From the IMG/VR virus record IMGVR_UViG_3300043908_006005: a stretch of 64,000 nucleotides of DNA; one strand, given 5' to 3'. Shown one piece after another: positions 37,054 through 47,097 of the stretch; within the stretch, counting starts at the first letter, position 1; the number at the start of each line of letters is the position of its first letter. Made by a program: the position numbers and the translations under genes. Origin of the DNA: an uncultured virus (IMG/VR IMGVR_UViG_3300043908_006005). Its lineage: Duplodnaviria > Heunggongvirae > Uroviricota > Caudoviricetes. The notes beneath the pieces were generated by a model. The model did not search any database, had not been told where the DNA came from, and saw nothing but the letters and a program-made list of their open reading frames with translations.

Positions 37054-38750
37054 TGAAAAGAAAACTTCGAATATTGTGGTGCGGTGAAGCTAGCTTCTTA
37101 AATACTGGGTACTCTGTTTACGCAAAAGAGGTCTTAGGGAGACTGCATAAAACAGGAAAGTACGAAATAGCAGAACTAGGGTGCTATGGCTCGACACAAG
37201 ACCCTCTTTGCAAAAAAGTTCCCTGGTCATTTTATTCAAACTTGCCTTACGGCGAAGAAGAAAACAAGCAGTATAAGTCAAGCCCTCAAAATCAGTTTGG
37301 GGAGTGGCGATTCAACGAAGTTTGCCTCCACTTCAAACCAGATGTGGTCATAGACATACGAGACTGGTGGATGATGGAATTTCAGGCTAGGTCTGAGTTT
37401 AGACGCTTTTTTGATTGGCTTATTATGCCAACTATTGACTCTGCTCCTCAAAACGAACAATATCTGAATACATATTCTGAAGCAGACGGTGTTTTTACTT
37501 ACTCAGATTACGGAAGAGATGTCCTCGAAGAATCAATGGGAGAATCAATAAAATTTATTGATTGCGCTCCTCCTGGAGCTGATTTTAATATTTTAAAACC
37601 CGCATCAAACAAAATAGACCACAGGTCAAGCTTTGGCTTCATGGACAGCATCAAGATTGTCGGCACAGTAATGAGAAACCAAAGAAGGAAACTTTACCCC
37701 AATCTAATGAAATCCTTCAGGGACATGATAGACGAAAATAAGTCTATGTCTGAAAACACGTTTCTTTACATGCATACATCCTATCCAGACGTAGGGTGGA
37801 ATTTGCCTTACTACATTAAAAAATATAATCTTGGAAACAAGATATTGATGACATATAAATGCCAAAACTGCGGGCACTTCTTTCCTTCATTTTACCAAGA
37901 CTGTAAGACATGCTGCCCAAAGTGCGGCTCTCTCTCTGCAGTTTTTCCTGGGACGACCTTTGGTGTAAGCACGGAAGAGCTTGGCCAGATTATAAACTTT
38001 TTTGATGTGTATGTTCAGTATTCTGTATGCGAGGGGTTTGGAATGCCTCAAGTAGAAGCTGCCGCCTGTGGAGTTCCTGTGATTACCGTTGATTATTCTG
38101 CCATGTCAAGCGTTGGAAAGAAAATCAGAGCAGATTTTGTGGAGCCTAAGACATTTTTCTGGGATTCTCCAACCCAATCAGAAAGAGCCATACCGAACGA
38201 CAGCCAACTAATAGAAAAAATGAAAAAAATCCTTAACCTTCCTTCTGGAGTTAGGACAAAGAAGGGGATGGACTCAAGAGCGTTAGCGCAAAAGCACTAT
38301 TCTTGGGATAAAACCGCAAGTATATGGGAAAAACACTTAGATACAATTGAGCCTAAAAATATGAACGAGACTTGGCTCTCGGAGGCTGAAATACTTGAGC
38401 CAAAAGAAAAATTTCCCAAGAATATAAATAACAGCGATTTCGTGGAATGGTGTGTAAAAAACGTACTCAGAGAACCGCTTAACCAATACGTCTTAATGGG
38501 AATGCTCAAGGATTTAAATTACGGAAAATCTACTGCTTGTGAAGGAGCTTTATATTACAATGCAGACAGCTACGTTAGTCAAGCGGTTCACTCGAAGTTT
38601 ACTAGAGAAGACGCGTTCGAAAAACTGAAGGGCATTAGAGAGTTAAAGAATTATTGGGAAAGGCAAAGAGAGGCTGTGAACGATGGTTCTTTGGAGCAAA
38701 GAGAAACTTCATCTTGCATACGCAATCACAAACCGGGAGAAATCTCATGA
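37053..38750 (+). CDS. GT4 glycosyltransferase with inserted Zn ribbon
   Basis: TGY, RNQRRK, EGFGMPQVEAAACG; CQNC...CPKC insert. Confidence 0.88.
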   Translation: MKRKLRILWCGEASFLNTGYSVYAKEVLGRLHKTGKYEIAELGCYGSTQDPLCKKVPWSFYSNLPYGEEENKQYKSSPQNQFGEWRFNEVCLHFKPDVVIDIRDWWMMEFQARSEFRRFFDWLIMPTIDSAPQNEQYLNTYSEADGVFTYSDYGRDVLEESMGESIKFIDCAPPGADFNILKPASNKIDHRSSFGFMDSIKIVGTVMRNQRRKLYPNLMKSFRDMIDENKSMSENTFLYMHTSYPDVGWNLPYYIKKYNLGNKILMTYKCQNCGHFFPSFYQDCKTCCPKCGSLSAVFPGTTFGVSTEELGQIINFFDVYVQYSVCEGFGMPQVEAAACGVPVITVDYSAMSSVGKKIRADFVEPKTFFWDSPTQSERAIPNDSQLIEKMKKILNLPSGVRTKKGMDSRALAQKHYSWDKTASIWEKHLDTIEPKNMNETWLSEAEILEPKEKFPKNINNSDFVEWCVKNVLREPLNQYVLMGMLKDLNYGKSTACEGALYYNADSYVSQAVHSKFTREDAFEKLKGIRELKNYWERQREAVNDGSLEQRETSSCIRNHKPGEIS

Positions 38751-39916
38751 AAGCCCTTTACGTAGGATGCTACAAAGACGGAACAGGATGGGGCAATGCT
38801 GCTCAAGGGTACATCTTAGCCCTAGATAAGGCTGGAGTTGAGGTTGTTCCAAGGTTTATGAAATTAAACAACAGGGAAATAGATGTACCAGAAAGAATAA
38901 AAGAATTAGAGGGTAACGACTCAAAGAACTGTGATGTAGTTATACAGCATGTGCTTCCACACCACTCTTATTTTAGGGGAGAGTTCGATAAAAACATATC
39001 TCTATACGTAACAGAAACCAGCAACTGTAATACTTCTTTGTGGCCTGAAAAAATAAACTTAATGGATGAGGCGTGGGTTCCGAATACGTACATGGCAGCC
39101 GAGCAGGCGAAAAACAGTAATATATTCACCCCTCACTATGTAGTGCCGCATGCTTTTGATATGGCTAAGTATCAAACAGAATACGAGCCACTAGAAATAC
39201 CTCAGACAAAAGACACTTTTGTTTTCTATTATATTGGCGAAAACACAAAGAGAAAAAATTTAGGGTCGATACTCAAGGCCTTTCACTTGGAGTTTAAAAA
39301 ACATGAGCCGGTTTCTCTTTTAATAAAATCTCACTCACCTGGATTAAGCGAAAAAGAATCGGTAAAGTCCCTGCAAAATATATGCGAGGCGGTGAAAAAG
39401 GGCCTAAAGCTTTACAGAAAAAGCGCTGACTACAAGAAAGAAATTTTCATATGCGACTATTTGACAGACGAACAAATCATGAGGATACATCAGACTTGTG
39501 ATTGCCATGTTTCTGCCTCTTTTGGCGAAGCCTGGAGTATACCGACTTTTGAAGCAATGGCTATGGGAAACACTCCAATATGCACAGATACAGGAGGCCC
39601 TAGAGACTATCTATCGGGAGCAGGGTATTTGGTTGACTCTTCTCAAGAACCGTGTTTTGGCGTGATGGACACTTTCGATTATATATATACAGGCGCAGAA
39701 AATTGGGACACACCCAGTATAAGGCATCTCAGAGAATGCATGAGAGACGCTTTTGAAAACAAAGAGTCTAGAGTAAAAATGGCGGATGAAGGCAGGAAAA
39801 AGTCCTATGATTATTCATACGCTAGTGTTGGAAATACGATGAAGAAAATACTTCTAGATAACGTCGAGCCTTTTAAAGCAGAGCGTAAGGGCAGCTTGAT
39901 GGGGGATATTATTTAA
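38747..39916 (+). CDS. GT4 glycosyltransferase
   Basis: RKNL, GEAWSIPTFEAMAMG. Confidence 0.88.
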   Translation: MKALYVGCYKDGTGWGNAAQGYILALDKAGVEVVPRFMKLNNREIDVPERIKELEGNDSKNCDVVIQHVLPHHSYFRGEFDKNISLYVTETSNCNTSLWPEKINLMDEAWVPNTYMAAEQAKNSNIFTPHYVVPHAFDMAKYQTEYEPLEIPQTKDTFVFYYIGENTKRKNLGSILKAFHLEFKKHEPVSLLIKSHSPGLSEKESVKSLQNICEAVKKGLKLYRKSADYKKEIFICDYLTDEQIMRIHQTCDCHVSASFGEAWSIPTFEAMAMGNTPICTDTGGPRDYLSGAGYLVDSSQEPCFGVMDTFDYIYTGAENWDTPSIRHLRECMRDAFENKESRVKMADEGRKKSYDYSYASVGNTMKKILLDNVEPFKAERKGSLMGDII

Positions 39917-40935
39917 TGAGTGTTTTTCATATGAAGAAGATACTAAGAGATGCAACTAGGCACCCCGAAGAGCCATTAAATATCCTTACTTTCCCAACGC
40001 ACGAAAGATATCAAACCAATTTGGCTCTTACCGGACACAATTTTTATCTGTGGCAGAAACCAGGAGTGATTAAGCCTTGGGTCAAGGACTATGGCCCAGT
40101 ACCACAAAACACAACCCTGCTTAATGAGGGGAAAGGCGATGAACAACTACCATTAAACCTGGACATAGACATAGTATTAAGTCAAAACAAATTCGGGCAG
40201 TTTGAAATCGCATCTAAACTTGCGGAAGCCCTAAATGTTCCATTAATTAGCTTAGAGCACACACTACCGCATACCTCATGGGACAAATCACAAGTAGCGA
40301 TGTTGAAGGAAATGCGGGGAGATATAAATGTGTTTATCTCAGAATACAGTCGGGATTTGTGGGGCTGGAAAGAAGGCGAGGCCATGATAGTGCATCACGG
40401 CATTGACACTAACCTATTCTCTCCATCTAACGTCCAAAGAGAAGAGAGGGTGCTGTCTGTTGTTAATGACTGGATAAATAGGGACTGGTGCTGCGGTTTT
40501 AGTCTATGGAAGCTCATAACAGGATATCCCGACACAACAATTCCAGTGCATGTAATAGGTGATACGCCTGGATTATCTAAACCGGCCAGCTCAACAAAAC
40601 AGCTTGTTGAAGAATATAGAAAAAGCAAAGTATTCATGAACACTTCTGTGGTTTCACCAATACCAACCTCTCTACTTGAAGCGATGTCATGCGGATGTGC
40701 TGTAGTATCAACCTCTAATTGCATGATTCCAGAAATAATAGAAAACGGCAAAAACGGATACATATCAAACGTACCTCTTGAGCTTAAAATGTATGCGGAA
40801 TTGTTGCTAAATAACGATGAGGTTGCAGAGGAAATGGGCAAGCACGCCAGAGATACAATACTAAACAACTTTTCAATAGAAGATTTTGTGTCTAATTGGA
40901 ATAACATATTTTTTTCTTGTCTGGAGCAAAGATGA
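39916..40935 (+). CDS. GT4 glycosyltransferase
   Basis: HGIDT, PTSLLEAMSCG, EIIENGKNGY. Confidence 0.88.
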   Translation: MSVFHMKKILRDATRHPEEPLNILTFPTHERYQTNLALTGHNFYLWQKPGVIKPWVKDYGPVPQNTTLLNEGKGDEQLPLNLDIDIVLSQNKFGQFEIASKLAEALNVPLISLEHTLPHTSWDKSQVAMLKEMRGDINVFISEYSRDLWGWKEGEAMIVHHGIDTNLFSPSNVQREERVLSVVNDWINRDWCCGFSLWKLITGYPDTTIPVHVIGDTPGLSKPASSTKQLVEEYRKSKVFMNTSVVSPIPTSLLEAMSCGCAVVSTSNCMIPEIIENGKNGYISNVPLELKMYAELLLNNDEVAEEMGKHARDTILNNFSIEDFVSNWNNIFFSCLEQR

Positions 40936-41417
40936 CTAAAGTAAATTTAATTCATGGAGAGGGGGATGTACTAGATACACATTTGAACATAAACCCCTTC
41001 ACAAAGAAAACAGAGGAAGGCCTGCTTGTTCGGGGAGATTTGACTAATATAGACAAGTACGTTGACGACGCAGAGGCAGATGAAATTATAGCCATGGACG
41101 TTATTGACTACATCCCAACAACAAAAACAGCAGACGCATTATCCAACTGGATTTCAAAGCTCGCTATTGGAGGTAGGATTGTTATAGGCGGAATTGATAT
41201 TTTTGTAGTGTCTAAATCTATATCTGACTACTCACTAGACATAGCGTCTGCAAACCTTTTAATACATGGCGAGCAAGACCAGCCGTACCTTATCAAGAGG
41301 GCGTCTTTTTCCGCCTATGACTTGTCTGAATATCTAGAGTTTACGCACGGCTTAGGAATAGTTAAAAAAGACATAACAAATTACAGAATGTTTGTGGAGG
41401 CGCAGAGAACGATATGA
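40932..41417 (+). CDS. methyltransferase-fold protein, degenerate
   Basis: ADEIIAMDVIDYI...KLAIGGRI; no clear GxG motif I. Confidence 0.5.
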   Translation: MTKVNLIHGEGDVLDTHLNINPFTKKTEEGLLVRGDLTNIDKYVDDAEADEIIAMDVIDYIPTTKTADALSNWISKLAIGGRIVIGGIDIFVVSKSISDYSLDIASANLLIHGEQDQPYLIKRASFSAYDLSEYLEFTHGLGIVKKDITNYRMFVEAQRTI

Positions 41418-42418
41418 ATATAATAACTGAAAATGAAGCGAACGAACAGGCTCAAAATGACAAAATAATACAGACCTGTTGCAACGGATGTGTTTTCGCC
41501 AAGCCTCAGCCTGACGACAATACAAATCTGGACGACTACTGCTCTGCTGGAAGGCTATCTAAGTTCAAGGAAGCTGGCGCAGAGTTACTTAGTATCAGGC
41601 TGGAGACAGAAGATGATGATGATAGCGGCGAGGCGCTAAATTATAAAGCAGTAAATGAAAGGGCGTGCAATCTTTTAAGAAGTGTTCGATGGAAGGCGAT
41701 TATGGAACACATGGGTGTCGAAGACCTTTTAGCTAAAGCCAAAAAAGAAATCGAAGTGTCTTGTACGCTGATTATCTATATTGATGAGACTAAAGCGATA
41801 ACAGACAAAAAAGAGGTTGAGGAGATTGTATCTTCAGTTATAAAGACTTACAGGAGCATAGAATTAAGCGATATTCAGCCAAAAAATGTTTCTATAATAA
41901 ATCCATGCATAATGCCAACTGAGTTTGTTAATATATTCAGGAAAAAAATTGTAGAGATGTACAATGACCCTGAAATACCCCAGGAAACAAGAACCCCTTG
42001 GAACATGGAGTATATACCATATCAGGATGCTGAAGAACTCGCTAAACTTGAAACCGCAGGAAAAGAGAAATCACTTCCGCCTGAACAGTTTAGGCTCTCT
42101 TTTATAAAAAGACACATTGACCTTTCAGCTAAGGAGAGTAAGGCAGGATACTGGTCATTCTTTTTCGCTGGAAATTCTGTGCCTAAAAATTATTTAAGCG
42201 ACATAAATAATTACATTAATGTTGATTTGAATAGACTGATAGCTCTTAGGGGAGATGACGATATTAGTCCTGGAATGCTTGTGCAAAATCTCATACACAA
42301 ACATCTATCAGGAAACAAAGGCGGTTATATCTTAGACAAAATAGACCAACTTACGAAAGACCAAGAATGTCCGGAAATTCTCAAGAAAATATCGGAAGTG
42401 GTAAAGAACTTCGAGTAA
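41414..42418 (+). CDS. hypothetical protein with N-terminal Cys cluster
   Basis: CCNGCVF...C; located within the glycosylation cluster. Confidence 0.6.
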   Translation: MNIITENEANEQAQNDKIIQTCCNGCVFAKPQPDDNTNLDDYCSAGRLSKFKEAGAELLSIRLETEDDDDSGEALNYKAVNERACNLLRSVRWKAIMEHMGVEDLLAKAKKEIEVSCTLIIYIDETKAITDKKEVEEIVSSVIKTYRSIELSDIQPKNVSIINPCIMPTEFVNIFRKKIVEMYNDPEIPQETRTPWNMEYIPYQDAEELAKLETAGKEKSLPPEQFRLSFIKRHIDLSAKESKAGYWSFFFAGNSVPKNYLSDINNYINVDLNRLIALRGDDDISPGMLVQNLIHKHLSGNKGGYILDKIDQLTKDQECPEILKKISEVVKNFE

Positions 42419-43122
42419 CAGTAGTTATACCTTGCCACAACCACGCTGACATGATTGTTGGCGCAATAGATAGTGTGTTGTCTCAAGATTATGAGCCCAT
42501 TAATATAGTCGTGATGGACGATGGCTCTACAGACAATGTGAGCGAAGCTATTAGCGGCAAAGAAGTTTTTTATTTAAGGAACGAAATAGCAAAGGGTCCG
42601 TCTGCCGCCAGAAACAAAGCTATAGAGCATATGTGGGATAAATCAGATGTTTTTATGATGCTTGATGCGGACGACAGGTATTTAGAAAGCAAGGTTTCAA
42701 AATCTGTAAACAAATTTTGCGAAGATAAAAAGCATATAGGCATAGTATATACAGACGCAATTATTAGAAATATAAATACAGGCACGGAAATTCATGAATT
42801 CAGAGAGCCTTACACCAGGGAGAGAATAGAGCAAGAATGTATAATATCGAATACCCCCTTAATTAGCAAAGAGGCTCTGGCTTATTCTGGAGGATATGAT
42901 GAGGGGATGCGTACCTGCGAGGACTGGGATTTATGGCTAAGAATAACGGAAGGATTCGTTGCAGTTCATATACCCGAAACGTTGCATGTGTATAGTGTCA
43001 CCGGCAAAAATTCTTCAGACACTGTTAGTAAAGAAGTTTGGAATGAAAACTGGGAAAAAATTAGACAAAGAATAAATCAAAGGAAAAATGAGAGCAGCAG
43101 TAAAAAACGTCACAACAATTAA
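42367..43122 (+). CDS. GT2 glycosyltransferase
   Basis: VVIPCHN, DDGSTD, GPSAARN, LDADD, EDWDLW. Confidence 0.92.
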   Translation: MSGNSQENIGSGKELRVTVVIPCHNHADMIVGAIDSVLSQDYEPINIVVMDDGSTDNVSEAISGKEVFYLRNEIAKGPSAARNKAIEHMWDKSDVFMMLDADDRYLESKVSKSVNKFCEDKKHIGIVYTDAIIRNINTGTEIHEFREPYTRERIEQECIISNTPLISKEALAYSGGYDEGMRTCEDWDLWLRITEGFVAVHIPETLHVYSVTGKNSSDTVSKEVWNENWEKIRQRINQRKNESSSKKRHNN

Positions 43123-43801
43123 GACCCCCAGTAACTCTGAAGGTCTTAGCATAATTATTCCTGCGGCAGGAGTAGGACACAGGATGAAGTCTTACGGCCC
43201 AAAGGCAATGATAGAGGTTTCAAAAAACACAACTCTAATAGAGAAACAGATAAAGACATTATGGAAAGAATACCCTTCGGCAGAAATATTCGTGGTTGTT
43301 GGATTTGACGCTGAAAGGATTATAGAAAAGCTTTCTAAATACCCAGTCAGAATAATATACAACCACCTTTACGATTCAACTAGCGTCTTGTATAGCATTG
43401 GTTTGGCAATGAACGCCGTCACAAGCAAGGAGGTTTTAGTTGTTTACGGAGATTTAGTTTTTAATCAACACACAGTAAACAAATTACGGGGAAAATCAAA
43501 AATAGTGGCTGAAAACTCTGGATTTTTAAAAAAAAGCGAAGTAGGCATAGCTAGCCACAACGATAAAGTTACAAATTTTTCTTTTGGACTTGACACCAAA
43601 TGGTGCCAGATAGTTTATTTAAGCGGCAAAGAACTCGACATTTTTCAGTATATATCGTTCAAGAAAGAAACCAAACAATGGCTTGGTTACGAGGCTTTAA
43701 ACTACATAATAAAACAGGGCGGACAGATTTCCGTTGTTTTCCCTAAAAAAATGAGCATTGTTGAAATAGACTCAATAAAAGATTTAGACAAAATCAAGTA
43801 A
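43088..43801 (+). CDS. nucleotidyltransferase (LicC/sugar-phosphate NTP transferase family)
   Basis: IPAAGVGHRM..PK, YGD, EIDS..DL. Confidence 0.85.
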   Translation: MRAAVKNVTTIKTPSNSEGLSIIIPAAGVGHRMKSYGPKAMIEVSKNTTLIEKQIKTLWKEYPSAEIFVVVGFDAERIIEKLSKYPVRIIYNHLYDSTSVLYSIGLAMNAVTSKEVLVVYGDLVFNQHTVNKLRGKSKIVAENSGFLKKSEVGIASHNDKVTNFSFGLDTKWCQIVYLSGKELDIFQYISFKKETKQWLGYEALNYIIKQGGQISVVFPKKMSIVEIDSIKDLDKIK

Positions 43802-43803
43802 AG

Positions 43804-43833
43804 TTGACATTCAACTGGTTTAGGTGGTACAAT
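43804..43833 (+). promoter_or_regulatory. sigma70-type promoter, twin of 36483
   Basis: TTGACA-18nt-TACAAT with TGn extension. Confidence 0.7.
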
Positions 43834-43838
43834 AATAT

Positions 43839-44153
43839 ATGAGAAGCATTATAGATATTAGCAAGCTAAAAAGACACACAAAGATTATAGTGGAAACAGA
43901 GGAGACTGTTTTTGAGATAGTCGTGTCTGGACCGAAAAGCAGGGGAATTTTTGTAACTGGAGGAATAGCTTTCATAAGGAGAACAAAAGCTACGCTAGAC
44001 AACGTTATAGAGAAAAGAAAGTCTATGTTATTTTTATATTCTGACAAAAACGGAGCTCCGATGTCGTTTAATTCATCTAAGGTTGTAAGCGCTAGCGTGT
44101 TTGCTTCTGACGGCTCATGGTATTATGACGCTATAGAGAAAAAAGATAAATGA
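43839..44153 (+). CDS. hypothetical protein
   Basis: ORF starting 5 nt after the -10 element. Confidence 0.65.
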   Translation: MRSIIDISKLKRHTKIIVETEETVFEIVVSGPKSRGIFVTGGIAFIRRTKATLDNVIEKRKSMLFLYSDKNGAPMSFNSSKVVSASVFASDGSWYYDAIEKKDK

Positions 44154-45139
44154 AAATACTCATAAGACACGAACATAACGCTTCGCACTATATTTACACT
44201 GGAATCCTTAGAGCCTTTAACGCTGAGGGTCATGAGTGCTATTTCTGGAACTCCGAAACCACACCTGCTTTTGACATGTTCAACGTTGTGGAGCCAGACA
44301 TGTTTATAGGTCAAGGATACAACCTTGATAGGGCGACAATCAAATGCATCAAACTTCGTCCAGACATGAAGGTCTTGATTAAGGTTGGCTGTTGGGGTCC
44401 AGTTTGCCAAGATGTTGATACAGAAAAATACCCCATACTACTAAACACCGACGAAGAAATCAGAAATGTCGAGCAGGTGTCCGATGCTGTTAAAAAACTC
44501 GTCTTGTTTAATTATGTTCACCCAAACAGAAAAGACTATCTGATGAAGTCTTGGGAAAATTTGGCAAAAACAATCGGACTCCTTCCTGCAGCAGATGTAT
44601 ATGAATGTCTCGCCGGAGAGTTTGACCATAGACTAAAATGCGACTTGGGTTTTGTTGGCGGTTATTGGCCTTACAAGGGGCAAAACCTAGACAAATATAT
44701 AATACCTCTATGCTACCCCATAGGTAAATACAATATAAAAATATTTGGAAACCAGCCTTGGCCTGTTCCTCAATATATGGGTAAATGCAATAACGAAACA
44801 ACCTCAAATCTTTTCAAATCTGCCACTATATGCCCTAACGTCAGCGAACCTCATGCAAATGTTTTTGGTTTTGAGGTAAACGAAAGAGTTTTCAAGCTAG
44901 CTGCGTCTAAGGCGTTTTTTATATCTGACCCAATAGCCTCGTTGACTGAAGACATATTTACAAATGGCGAAGTGGTTGTTGCCGAAGGACCGGAAGAATA
45001 CCACTCTTTGATTAAAGACGTATTAAATGACCCAAACCTTAGAACTAACCATGTAGAAGAATGCTATAACAACGTAATAAAAAATCACACATACAAGAAT
45101 AGAGTAGAGCAAATAATAGGAAGTTTTGAAAATGAATAA
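44150..45139 (+). CDS. CgeB-like glycosyltransferase
   Basis: DLGFVG, VNERVF, HTYKNRV. Confidence 0.75.
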   Translation: MKILIRHEHNASHYIYTGILRAFNAEGHECYFWNSETTPAFDMFNVVEPDMFIGQGYNLDRATIKCIKLRPDMKVLIKVGCWGPVCQDVDTEKYPILLNTDEEIRNVEQVSDAVKKLVLFNYVHPNRKDYLMKSWENLAKTIGLLPAADVYECLAGEFDHRLKCDLGFVGGYWPYKGQNLDKYIIPLCYPIGKYNIKIFGNQPWPVPQYMGKCNNETTSNLFKSATICPNVSEPHANVFGFEVNERVFKLAASKAFFISDPIASLTEDIFTNGEVVVAEGPEEYHSLIKDVLNDPNLRTNHVEECYNNVIKNHTYKNRVEQIIGSFENE

Positions 45140-46127
45140 AGACTCTAAAATATTAGTAACTGGTGCCAGAGGTTTCTTAGGAAAGCATGTCTGCGCAGAG
45201 CTTAAAAAACAGGGATATGAAAATATTATTGAGTGTGCTAGCAATAAAACACAAAATCATTACTACATTGATGCCAAAACAAATATTCACCATTGTGATT
45301 TAAGATGTAAAACCTCCGCCGCAGCACTGGTTAAATTTGTAAATCCCGATGTAGTCATACATCTTGCTGCTGTTGTCGGTGGGATTGGTGCAAATAAAGA
45401 AAATCCCGCAACATTCATACATGACAATTTAGTAATGGGGATAAACATTATCGAAGCGTGCAAGAGCTCTACTTACAGACCAATAAATCTGGAAAAATTT
45501 ATCCTAGTTGGAACAGTTTGCTCATACCCAAAGTATGCAAGGGTGCCGTTTGAAGAATACGCTATATGGGAGGGATACCCAGAAGAAACCAACGCTCCAT
45601 ACGGAATAGCTAAGAAGACTTTAAGCGTAATGCTGTCGGCATATCGAGAGCAATATGGGCTAAATGGCATCACAGTTATTCCTGTAAATATGTATGGCCC
45701 ACACGATAACTTCAAGCCAGAAAGCTCCCATGTCATACCTGCTCTAATTAAAAAAATACACGAAGCCGGAGAGCGGGGAAGTCTTGAGATATGGGGAAGC
45801 GGAAATGCGACTAGGGAGTTTTTGCATGCGGAAGACTGTGCCAGAGGAATTATTTTAGCGATGGAATCTTCATACAGCTCTGATGAACCTATAAACATAG
45901 GAACATACAACGAAGTAAGAATATGCGACCTTGTTCATATGCTTAGAGATATAATGGGGCACAAGGGTCAGGTTGTATATGATAAGTCTAAACCTGATGG
46001 ACAACCGAGGAGATGCTTGAATATTGCAAAAGCGAAAAAAGAACTTGGGTTTAAACCACAAATATCACTTGAAGAAGGACTTATAGAAACTGTAGGATGG
46101 TATTTAAAAAATGTCACAACAATATAA
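45132..46127 (+). CDS. fcl: GDP-L-fucose synthase
   Basis: HLAAVVGGIGAN, GTVCSYP, YGIAK, NMYGPHDNF, HVIPALI, KPDGQPRR. Confidence 0.92.
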   Translation: MNKDSKILVTGARGFLGKHVCAELKKQGYENIIECASNKTQNHYYIDAKTNIHHCDLRCKTSAAALVKFVNPDVVIHLAAVVGGIGANKENPATFIHDNLVMGINIIEACKSSTYRPINLEKFILVGTVCSYPKYARVPFEEYAIWEGYPEETNAPYGIAKKTLSVMLSAYREQYGLNGITVIPVNMYGPHDNFKPESSHVIPALIKKIHEAGERGSLEIWGSGNATREFLHAEDCARGIILAMESSYSSDEPINIGTYNEVRICDLVHMLRDIMGHKGQVVYDKSKPDGQPRRCLNIAKAKKELGFKPQISLEEGLIETVGWYLKNVTTI

Positions 46128-47097
46128 ATATACGTTATACAATAAAAACAATTACAATATAGACACATCTTCTGTCTCTGATTCTACAGTTGTAGATTTT
46201 GAAAAAGAGATTGCAGATTACGTTGGTGCAAAATATGCTGTAAGTGCTATTAATTATAGCTGTATTTTACAAATAATACTCATGGGAATTAGACAGAATT
46301 TGCCAGAGGAAGCATGCAAAATATACCCTGTTTGTCTTCCGAGTATGATATCTCCAGGAATAGCAAATATTATTCACAACTCCGGAATGCCCGCAATGTG
46401 GATTGATAAAACAGACCATATTGGAGACTCTTTGGTAATATACGATAGCGCTGGAGCAATCTTTAGAATAAAAAAGGATTACTCCTCTTTTAGATTTATA
46501 GACTCTACCCATAAAATAGAAAGAAATCAATTCAAACAAGACTGCGACGATACAGATGTTATAGTCTATAGCATGTATCCAAACACCCCAATGTGGGGAA
46601 TTGATGGTGGCGTACTTGTTACAAGTGATAAAGAAAAAGCAACCTATTTTCGCACCGCTTTTAATTTTGGTGCTGAAACAAAGAAAGACTCCAGAGAACT
46701 AGTTTTCCCAGGGTGGCAGATGCACGCTAGTGCGGAGCAGTGTTATGTTGGATTGCAAAATTTGCGAGCTATGGACGACAGAAATAAAAAGATGGAAAGC
46801 GTATTAGAGAAATACAACTCTGCTTTTGGCATTAAAAATACCAGCTTTAGTATATACGCAATAGACGTTGACCCAAATCGTAGGCAAGAAATTAGATTGG
46901 CTTTAGCGGAAAAGGGGATACAGTCAGGCGTTCATTATGCTCCAGCGCATTATTACCCTTTCTATAGAATGGCAATACCAAACAGAATGCCTAAGACAGA
47001 AGAAAAATGCGCGTCTACATTAAGTATACCCTTTAATCCGTCTCTAGAAGAAGCCGACTTGGATTTTATTATACAGTCAATTAAGGATTTATCATGA
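46111..47097 (+). CDS. DegT/DnrJ-family sugar aminotransferase homologue lacking the catalytic Lys
   Basis: FEKEIADYVGAKYAV, DGGVLVT, GIQSGVHY, LSIPFNP; SMYPNTP in place of SFxxxK. Confidence 0.7.
   Translation: MSQQYKYTLYNKNNYNIDTSSVSDSTVVDFEKEIADYVGAKYAVSAINYSCILQIILMGIRQNLPEEACKIYPVCLPSMISPGIANIIHNSGMPAMWIDKTDHIGDSLVIYDSAGAIFRIKKDYSSFRFIDSTHKIERNQFKQDCDDTDVIVYSMYPNTPMWGIDGGVLVTSDKEKATYFRTAFNFGAETKKDSRELVFPGWQMHASAEQCYVGLQNLRAMDDRNKKMESVLEKYNSAFGIKNTSFSIYAIDVDPNRRQEIRLALAEKGIQSGVHYAPAHYYPFYRMAIPNRMPKTEEKCASTLSIPFNPSLEEADLDFIIQSIKDLS

Noticed and set aside
1416..46127. Nod-factor-like pathway (sulfo-, carbamoyl-, methyl-transferase, fucose)
   Set aside because: No NodA/B/C core; these families are generic glycan-decorating enzymes and are scattered across the window
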